Part shown: positions 55,152 through 64,000 of the stretch, one piece after another
Numbering within the stretch: position 1 is the stretch's first letter
Layout of the letters: every line of letters begins with the position of its first letter
NCBI GenBank assembly: GCA_951406725.2
Contig: OX597825.1
Span: 22,630,001 to 22,694,000 of the forward strand
DNA length: 64,000 nt
Reading direction: 5' to 3'
Source of the DNA: Octopus vulgaris
Taxonomy: Eukaryota
Made by a program: the position numbers and the translations under genes
The notes under the pieces: model-generated
The model's input: the letters and a program-made list of their open reading frames with translations, nothing else
Databases searched by the model: none
What the model was told of the DNA's origin: nothing

Positions 55152-55378
55152 CAATGTATCATAGGCTTTTGAGGGCTTTTTCTTTCTCAGGACTTTTCCT
55201 TTCTCTGCTTTCTGACGAAGAACCATGCATAAAGAAACCTCTTTTTTTACCACAATTACTGAACGTCAAGTTAATACATGCCATATGTATTCCTCTTGTT
55301 TTGTTATTTGTTATTTTTAAAGTTCGATTGATAATGTTCAACTTTTGATGTTCCATCTGACTACATACATAAATATAT

Positions 55379-55556
55379 AGGCGCAGGAGCGGCTGTGTGC
55401 CAAGTAGCTTGCTTACCAAACACATGGTTCCGGGTTCATTTCCACTGCATGGCACCTTGGGCAAGTGTCTTCTACTATAGCCTCGGGCCCACCAAAGCCT
55501 TGTGAGTAGATTTGGTAGACGGAACCGGAAAGAAGCCCGTCGTATATATATACATA

Positions 55557-55592
<36 letters not shown>

Positions 55593-55810
55593 TGTATTTG
55601 TGTATGTGTTTGTGTGTATGTGTTTGTCCCTCCAGCATTGCTTGAAAACCAATGGTGCTGTGTTTACGTTCCCGTAACTTAGCGGTTCGACAAAAGAACC
55701 GATAGAATACGTACTAGGCTTACAAAGAATAAGTCCTGGTGTCGATTTGCTCGACTAAAGGCGCTACTCCAGCATGGCCGCTGTCAAATGACTGAAACAA
55801 TTAAAAGAGA
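55379..55810 (+). mobile_element. SINE family C
   Basis: AGGCGCAGGAGCGGCTGTGTG...GCACCTTGGGCAAGTGTCTTC...AAATGACTGAAACAA. Confidence 0.93.
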
Positions 55811-56277
55811 AAAGCGAAAGAGAGAGATATGCATGTGCATGGTGTGTTGAATAGACACCAGATAACTCGATTATTAATCAATAACATTTTTTAATCAACG
55901 TATCAAGTACGTCTCATATTGAGATTAGAAACACTCTAGTAAGACGACAGGTGCTATACAACTCCATTTCGAAAACAACACAAAAATTGATTATAATACG
56001 TTAAGCAAATCTGTAAATAAAAGCCGTGGAAGGGGGCATTGTATACTGAAATTGTTTCAGAAGCACATCAGCTGTATTTTACGTAACGTTACAAATCTCC
56101 TGTAACTGTCCTATGTGCGTTTCCCGCAGGTACGAATACCTGAATAGTTGAGTATAGTCTACATTAAGGAGAGTGGAAAAATCAACTGGGCTTGAAGAAA
56201 AACCGAAAATTTAGATATCAAAATTGGAATCGGTAAAGAAAGAATGACATGTCTCACCAATTATTATAGCAAGATAT

Positions 56278-56645
56278 GTGGAGGCGCAATGGCCCAGTGG
56301 TTAGGGCAGCGGACTCGCGGTCATAGGATCGCGGTTTCGATTCCTAGAGCGGGCGTTGTGAGTGTTTATTGAGCGAAAACACCTAAAGCTCCACGAGGCT
56401 CCGGCAGGGGATGGTGTTGATCCCTGCTGTACTCTTTCACCACAACTTTCTCTCACTCTTACTTCCTGTTCTTGTTTCTGTTGTACCTGTATTTCAAAGG
56501 GCCGACCTTGTCACTCTCTGTGTCACGCTGAATATCCCCGAGAACTACGTTAAGGGTACACGTGTCTGTGGAGTGCTCAGCCACTTGCACGTTAATTTCA
56601 CGAGCAGGCTGTTCCGTTGATTCGGATCAACCGGAACCCTCGTCT
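56278..56645 (+). mobile_element. SINE family B, near full length (tRNA-Arg-like head)
   Basis: GTGGAGGCGCAATGGCCCAGTGGTTAGGGCAGCGGACTCGCGG..GGTTTCGATTCC (A/B boxes, TCG anticodon position), body ending CACGAGCAGGCTGTTCCGTTGAT. Confidence 0.93.
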
Positions 56646-56987
56646 TCCTAAGAAGAACTATTTGTGAGTGAGTGCGTGCGCGTGCGTGCATGTCTATTAT
56701 TTTTAAAGACGAATGTTATTATCAATGACTTTGAAGTTTCAGCTAGAATTTCAAATTGATTAATTTGGGGATTATGCTATTCTTTTGAATTTATTCGTGT
56801 ATAAAGAATTTTGTATGCAAGTGTATATATTTAGATATGTTCTTTTTCTTAGGTAGGTACAGGATGTATCAAGTTTTACTTTTGCTTTTATTAGATTTAA
56901 TCCTTGTCTTTAATAATGTAAATATCAAAGGTACAAATTCAAAATTTGAAATTTCAGTGTCAACTTTTTTGTAACGAAATATTTGGG

Positions 56988-57353
56988 TGCCGAGCTGGCT
57001 GTAACGTTAGCACGCCGGGCGAAATGCTTAGCGGTATTTCGTCTGCCGTTACGTTCTGAGTTCAAATTCCGCTGAGGTCGACTTTGCCTTTCATCCTTTC
57101 GGGGATCGATTAAATAAGTACCAGTTACGCACTGGGGTCGATAAAATCGGATTAATCCGTTTGTCTGTCCTTGTTTAGCCCCTTGTGGGTAATAAAGAAA
57201 CATGAAAAGTTAGCACGCCGGGCGAAATAGCAGTATTTCATCTGTCTTTACATTCCTCCTAGGTTGACTTTGCCTTTCATCCTTTCGGGGTCGATAAATT
57301 AAGTACCAGTTGCGTACTGGGGTCGATATGATCGACTAGCCCCTCCCCCCAAA
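56988..57353 (+). mobile_element. Two tandem/nested SINE family A copies (A1 then A2)
   Basis: GTTAGCACGCCGGGCGAAAT at 57006 and 57209; different tails. Confidence 0.9.
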
Positions 57354-57877
57354 GAATATTTAAAGAGTCGCTAATTCGAAATATATATAAGTGTACATAC
57401 TCTACTATAGACTAAAGACCATTATAAATATACTATTGAATGCATTGATTTATTACGAATTTCGTACAGAGTATAGACAATTTCAGAAGTACCGCTGAGG
57501 AATATAGCTTTTAGTAGAACGAGTACAATAGTCTATTACATTCAGTTAGTACATTATTAGTAAGCTATAGTAATGCCTTTTAGCTGGTCAATTTTTTTAC
57601 TTCCTAGGTTATCAGGAATATTTCCTGATTTTAATTGGAAGGTGAGTGTTATTAGTCAGGCATGTTCTGGTTATTGGTAGAACAGCAAATTGTTTAACTT
57701 GTGTTTTGTTGGTCAAAATTTGAGTTGTGCAAATATAAAATCTATTGATTTGTTTGTTTTTCGTTGTGCTTTCATTGCGAATATGCAAACAGTAACAGAA
57801 GCCAATAATCATTGGATAAATTCTACCATTAAATTTCCCTGCATTATGATCTCATATTTTTATATTTTTATGTCTCC

Positions 57878-58003
57878 GCCCTGAAGGAGGAGACCGGATT
57901 TGTACAATGTTTATTTGCTTCCATTACTTATTGAATATTTTTGTTAACTACATTTAGCAACATTATGAACTAACTCCATCCCCGCCCGAAACAGCTGTCA
58001 GGC
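57878..58003 (+). ncRNA. Degenerate PLE-type hammerhead with ~100-nt helix-II insert
   Basis: GCC-CTGAAGGA(57881-57888)...GAAA(57988-57991)-CAGCTG-TC-AGGC; downstream TCTCCCCTT similar to 53505-53515. Confidence 0.55.
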
Positions 58004-58072
58004 ATGGAAAAATCATACCGTCTCCCCTTAAACTTTCTGTGTCTTTTTATTCTGTGCAGGTTTGCAGTGTTA

Positions 58073-58107
<35 letters not shown>

Positions 58108-58241
58108 TATAGATAGATAGATATATTCATACGTAAAAATCTATTGTCTGAAAACTTTACAGACGAAAGTTGTAATTATATATTTTACTCCTTGACCCAC
58201 TGATCTTACCTTTACATATATATGTATCTATGTATGTATTT

Positions 58242-58282
<41 letters not shown>

Positions 58283-58329
58283 ATTGAGAGAGGGAAAGAC
58301 ACAGACTGATAGTTTTGTTTGTTTATTTA

Positions 58330-58563
58330 GCTGCACAAATGGACACCAGGACTTATACTTTGTAAGCCTAGTACTAATTCTATCGGTCTCTCGGGCCGAA
58401 CCGCTATGTTATGGGGGCAGAATCACGCCAATATCGGCTGTAAAGCTATGGTGTGGGGACCAACACAGAACACAAACATATACATAGAGTTTCCCTCTAC
58501 CGAGTTCACCCGCAAGGTTTGGTCAGCTCAATACTATAATAGAAGACACTTGCCCAAGGTGCC
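58330..58563 (-). mobile_element. Degenerate SINE family C
   Basis: GGACTTATACTTTGTAAGCCTAGTACT...AGAAGACACTTGCCCAAGGTGCCA. Confidence 0.8.
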
Positions 58564-58574
58564 ATATATATATA

Positions 58575-59568
58575 TAACTTAGATAAAACTTAGATATGTT
58601 TCGACCAAAGACTGGTCCAGGCCATGTCTAACTTAATAGCACCACCTGATAGGATTATCTGAATCCTGTTTAAGTCAAGTTTTGTTTATGGTCCATTCAA
58701 GTAGTGAGTTTTTGTTGGGGGAGTTGTATCCAATTATGGGTGGCTTATCTGGTATTCCCTGAAGGAATCTATCCAGACTCTGTTTAAAGTTGATGGGATC
58801 CTTTTCCTCTTCGATCTCTTTCGGGACAATGTTAAATAGGGCAGGGCCTGTTGAGGAAAAGAAATTATGTTGCAGTGTACATGTATGCTGTGATCTTGAA
58901 TTGGGCAGGGGACGTATGGCCCGTGGTCCCAGTCTTGGATGAACCTTGAAGCTAATATTAAGGTCGTTTGGGCAAAGTTGGCGGTATATTCTCCACATCG
59001 TACAAATGATATACCGCTCACGGCGACGCTGGAGAGAGTAGAGTTTCAAGGATTTAAGGCGGTCCCAATAATCGAGAGCAGCCATGCCTTCAATTCGTTT
59101 AGTGAGTGCCCTCACTTGTATGGGGAGACCACAGTGGGCAGCAGTATTCGTGGTGTGGCCGTACAAAGGAGGAGAAAAGTGGTATGATGACACCTTATTC
59201 TCTGGACCGGAAAGTTGTTAAGATCCTACGAACTATATCGACCTTATTGTTGATGTGTGCACTCCAACTGAGATCGTCATGAACAATTACACCCAGGTCT
59301 CTGATATTGTTAGAGGCTGTGAGCGGTTCCCCTGAAGGAAGAGAGTATGGTTGTTTTAGTGAGGAATTTCTTCCAAAATGAATCAGCTTAAATTTTCCCT
59401 CGTTCAGTTGCATTTTGTTTATCTCTGCCCATTGACTCACAGCATATAGATCAGACTGGAGTTGAGTTCGGTCTGCTTCTTCATTGACGATTTGCTGGAG
59501 CTTAGTGTCATCAGCAAATATTTTCACTTTGCAGTAATGTACGACACTGGAAAGGTCGTTTATGTAAA
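58575..59568 (-). mobile_element. CR1-group LINE, 5'-truncated RT C-terminus plus 3' UTR
   Basis: LYINDL...KIFADDTKL...LQSDL...RDLGV...YWDRLKSLKLYSLQRRRERY...GPALFN...NSLLEW (ORFs 59195-59686 and 58675-59193, frameshifted). Confidence 0.92.
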
Positions 59569-59583
59569 GATGTATATATATAT

Positions 59584-59652
<69 letters not shown>

Positions 59653-59846
59653 TCATTAAAGCCACTAAATCGCAGAATATTAACACTGATCCCCCTACTA
59701 CTCTAACTTTGTTATTCGAGAGTACTACTCAAATCTTTCCACTTGTTTTTTGTATTTATGTGCTTACTCATGTATAAATATATATATATATTTATATATA
59801 TATATATATGGATATATATATATATATTTATTTATTTATATATATA

Positions 59847-60327
59847 CTAGCAGTATCGCCCGGCGTTGCTCGAGTTTGTAAGGGAAATAGCTATATAAGC
59901 ATTTTTAGAGAGTTACTTCCCTTATAAATTCGGGCTTTCTTAGCCATTTTTGTTTTGGTGTCTTCAAGCCATGAAGTCGTTGTTCTAAAAGAACGCTGGT
60001 TTCCTTCACAACGCATTACGACGTTGATTTCTTTACACTCCCTTCCCCACAGCTTCACGAGGGAGGGAAGGGGGAGAAGCAAACAGGTGCAGCTGTGAGC
60101 GTGGACACCAACTCCGCCGCCATCGACACACGATGCATTAAAATGGAATAAAAAATGAAGTTAAATTATTTTTAAAATCGTAGACTCATCGTTGACGCGC
60201 GCTAATAGTCAGACGGGCTCGATATGAATCACGACTATAAGATACCCGAATTTGGTTAAACTGCACCGCAAAATGTGGGAGGAGTTAGGAATCTAAATCG
60301 AAGGGGACAGACACTCACACAACTAGA

Positions 60328-60340
<13 letters not shown>
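59847..60340 (-). mobile_element. Non-autonomous Helitron-like element
   Basis: Minus strand ends in GC hairpin (CTCGAGCAACGCCGGG) + CGATACTG + CTAG, followed by T; other end merges into (TA)n; shares ~70 bp with 63726. Confidence 0.7.
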
Positions 60341-60395
<55 letters not shown>

Positions 60396-60790
60396 TAAAG
60401 ATGGGGAAATGGATAAATTGATATATACATACAGAGTGTATGCAGGAGTCTCCATATTTCTCTGTATTCTATATGTATGCGTCTATGTCTACATTTATTG
60501 TATAACACATATATAAAACCATGAATTGCCGTTCCTTCTACTGAGCATGAATGCCGTCTCAGTATTGAATTATAATATTCTTAGACTAAATTAGTATTAT
60601 TCTTTATCCACTGCAGAGTTTTACAATTTGAAGCCATAAAAACGAGCATATATAGAGCACGACATTACAGTGACTGTCACCTACAAAAGAGTCTTCTGCA
60701 GCGAACGACTGACATTAGTCCTAACGCAAGAGATAGAATGATAAACGTGTTCAATGGGTTACATATATGAATTTGTATTCCTAAGTGGAT

Positions 60791-60862
<72 letters not shown>

Positions 60863-61078
60863 AAATATATATATGTGTATGTATGTATGTATCTATCTAT
60901 CTATCTATCTATCTCCCTCTTTCTCTGTATATATATATATATATATATACATATATGTATATATTCATATATACGTGTCTATGTACGTATGAATATAAAC
61001 ATTCATATATATATATTTCTAATAAATATAAATATATATGTGAATATATGTATGTATGCATGCATGAATATATGTATA

Positions 61079-61112
<34 letters not shown>

Positions 61113-61150
61113 CATATATATATATACATATATATGTATATATATACATG

Positions 61151-61202
<52 letters not shown>

Positions 61203-61239
61203 CATACATATATCATATATATATATACATACATATATC

Positions 61240-61273
<34 letters not shown>

Positions 61274-62111
61274 ATGTGTGTGTGTGTGTGTATCATTTAA
61301 ATATATGCAGATATTCATGCGGGCAATTGTGTATGTACAATACTAAGTTTCAAATGTTATCACGAATGACGTGAGAGAATTGAAAACATGTATTGTAGCG
61401 CTATATTTAATAAGTCAAATTAGACGTAGTTAACCTATTGTTCCCTAAACGAAAATTTCGTGCTTGCATTAAAATCTCTGCCTCTGGCAGTTACCAAAAG
61501 ATTGCAAGAAACTTGACATGCCACAGAATATGCCAATATGACCGTATAAATAACGCATATATATATATATATATATATACACAGACACACGTATTTATAT
61601 ATGTTTGTAAATTTTTATACATATATATCTATATAGATATATGTATGTATGTATGTATGTATACATAAATGTAAGTAGATATGTGTGTGTATATGTATAT
61701 CGTATACAGACACTTTACTCCAGAAACCGACATTTAATATATATGAATACCATTTTGTGATATTCACATATATATAAGTGTATATGTATACACAAAAAGT
61801 GTAATAAATAACAAGCACTTTATATTTTCCATCACCCACCGTTGACATAGCAATCACGTTCGGACAGTCCTGGGACTATATATACTATGCAGACATTTTA
61901 AAGCGACGTTACACGGATAATATACGTTAGAGGGGACGAATTACCAGCTGTGATGCAGACACTCAGCAGATCTATAGTTGATAAAAATGTGTTAATTTGA
62001 ATGAACGTGAATATATTTTCGGGGAAACTTTCATACTACATGCATATATCTTACTCCAAACAAAGATGCCGAGTGTCACTTTCTTTTGTCAACTCGTTCT
62101 TATATACGTGT

Positions 62112-62437
62112 GTGGAGGCAGCGGACTCGCGGTCGTAGGATCGCGGTTTCGATTCCCAGACCGGGCGTTGTGAGTGTTTATTGAGCGAAAACACCTAAAA
62201 ACTCCACTAGTCTCCGGCAAGAGATGGTGGTGATCCCTGCTGTACTCTTTCACCACAACTTTCTCTCACTCTTTCTTCCTGTTTCTGTTGTACCTGTATT
62301 TCAAAGGGCCGGCCTTGTCACTCTCTGTGTCACGCTGAATATCCCCGAGAACTACGTTAAGGGTACACGTGTCTGTGGAGTGCTCAGCCACTTACACGTT
62401 AATTTCACGAGCAAGCTGTTTGTAACCGACGGAGTGC
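62112..62437 (+). mobile_element. SINE family B
   Basis: Near-identical to 56278-56645, with a deletion in the head. Confidence 0.93.
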
Positions 62438-62519
62438 TTCCACATACGTGTATTTATTTGTGCGTGTGTGTTTGTGTGTGTATGTGCGTGTGTCTGTATT
62501 ATATATATACATACATAGA

Positions 62520-63072
62520 CACATGTGTTGGACAAAATAATGGAAACACCTTAAAATTTCAAACAAATTTATTTTAATATAGGGTAGGGCCGCATTTGGC
62601 AGTAACTACATATTGAATTCTATGAGTTATGGACTCGTACAAAGTTTGAATTCTTTCCAAAGGAATTTCTCTCCACTCTTCAGCTAAAACAGTCTCCAGT
62701 TCTTGTAGTGATGATGGTGGATGATATCGACTCCTTACTTGTTTTTCTAAAATGCACCATAAATGTTCAATAATACTGCGATCCGGGAGCTGTGGTGGCT
62801 AGAACGTTCATCGTGCCATTCAGTAACAACTTTATCTCTGTGAATTGGGGCATTATCATCCAGAAACAGTTCCGCGATCAGAGGATGAATTTGACCAGAT
62901 AAATTGCTTAAATAGGCTTGAATATTAATTCTGCCATGAAGGGATTCTATTGGGCCGGCGGATTTCCAAGATATAGCCCCCCCACACACACACACACACA
63001 CAGATCAACTGGGTCAAATGCTTCTTTTTGCTGTCTCCACACGTAAACTCGGCCAGTGGTCGGAAATAATGT
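62520..63072 (-). mobile_element. Tc1-like transposon 3' fragment
   Basis: TIR-like TGTTGGACAAAATAATGGAAACACC; ORF 62747-63001 GAISWKSAGP...GRIN...Y...DDNAPIH. Confidence 0.8.
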
Positions 63073-63077
63073 AAAAT

Positions 63078-63460
63078 AAATGGAAGTGATATCTAGATGA
63101 CTTCTTCATACTTTAGCATGAAAATATACAGAGACTTCAAGAATTTCAGGCACTTCTAAATGGACTTGACATAAACATTCAATTTACGGTGAACAACAAC
63201 TTCCATTCCTCGACAACCTTATTAAGAAATCCAACAACAAAATAGAAATATACATATCCCATAATCCCACGAACTCTAAGCAATATCTACCGTTCAACTC
63301 ATGCCACCCCATACACACTAGAATGAATAGCCCTTTCAACATGTCAAAAAGGATTTTTACTATAATATCTGATACAAGCACCAGGAACATGACTATATGG
63401 GTCAAAGGATACAATCAGTAGGAAATACTAATCATTACTAATTGATATAGGTTTTCAACG
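63078..63460 (+). mobile_element. Penelope-like reverse transcriptase remnant
   Basis: W.*YLDDFFI (YLDD 63090-63101)...LLNGLDINIQFT..QLPFLD.LI...PTNSKQYLPFNSCHPIHT...P.NMSKRI. Confidence 0.85.
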
Positions 63461-63576
63461 GTACAATTCTTTACAAAAGGTATTTCATGATAAAATTATT
63501 GTAGTATTTTCTACCTTGTCCTATTTCCCTTACACATACACACACACACACAAACACTCAGACACACACACACGCG

Positions 63577-63622
<46 letters not shown>

Positions 63623-63687
63623 CAAGCCTCTGTGTATGTAGCAGTTTATCAATCGTTTCTCTCTCTCTCCTTATCTATCTATCTATT

Positions 63688-63719
<32 letters not shown>

Positions 63720-63725
63720 TATATA

Positions 63726-64000
63726 CTAGCAGTATCGCCCGGCGTTGCTCAGGTTTGTAAGGGAAATAACTATAAAGCATTTTTAGAGAGTTATAGCCAA
63801 AAAATAGCAAAAAATGGAAAAAATGATAGTAAATTGTTTTTTGAGATTTAAAAAAGGTGGAGTTGCGTCGCCTAGACAGTTTGTGGTTTGTGTTTCTGAT
63901 TCTCGACCCCATGTCGAATTTATCGATTTGAATTATGTCATTGGGCTATGTGTGTGTCAAGTTTCATCAGAATCGGTTGAAAGCCGTGGTCAGGGTGAGG
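63726..64000 (-). mobile_element. Non-autonomous Helitron-like element (runs off the window)
   Basis: CTAGCAGTATCGCCCGGCGTTGCTC..GTTTGTAAGGGAAATA, as at 59847. Confidence 0.7.

Noticed and set aside
56278-56355. tRNA-Arg-like sequence (also the heads of SINE A, C and D)
   Set aside because: No complete cloverleaf or acceptor stem; continues into a SINE body and is multicopy

Overview
AT-rich eukaryotic genomic DNA, most likely intergenic or intronic. The tRNA-derived SINE families and extreme microsatellite load look like an octopus/cephalopod genome; this is an inference from repeat recognition, not a database match. No intact host protein-coding gene is visible, and most ORFs in the track are microsatellite artefacts. 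The window contains about 35 SINE copies of at least five families (called A-E here). It also holds remnants of CR1-group, R4/Dong, RTE and Penelope-like (PLE) retroelements, several Tc1/mariner DNA transposons (one full-length DD41D-type copy with TIRs), two non-autonomous Helitron-like ends and a ~1.18-kb tandem duplication. The most notable hidden signal is about a dozen dispersed minimal type-I hammerhead-ribozyme motifs of the PLE type. One is essentially intact (35908-35998), several have unusually long helix-II inserts, four plus-strand copies share a CAGCTG-type palindromic helix III, and one pair is arranged head-to-head on opposite strands. All folds and translations were done by eye and need computational confirmation.
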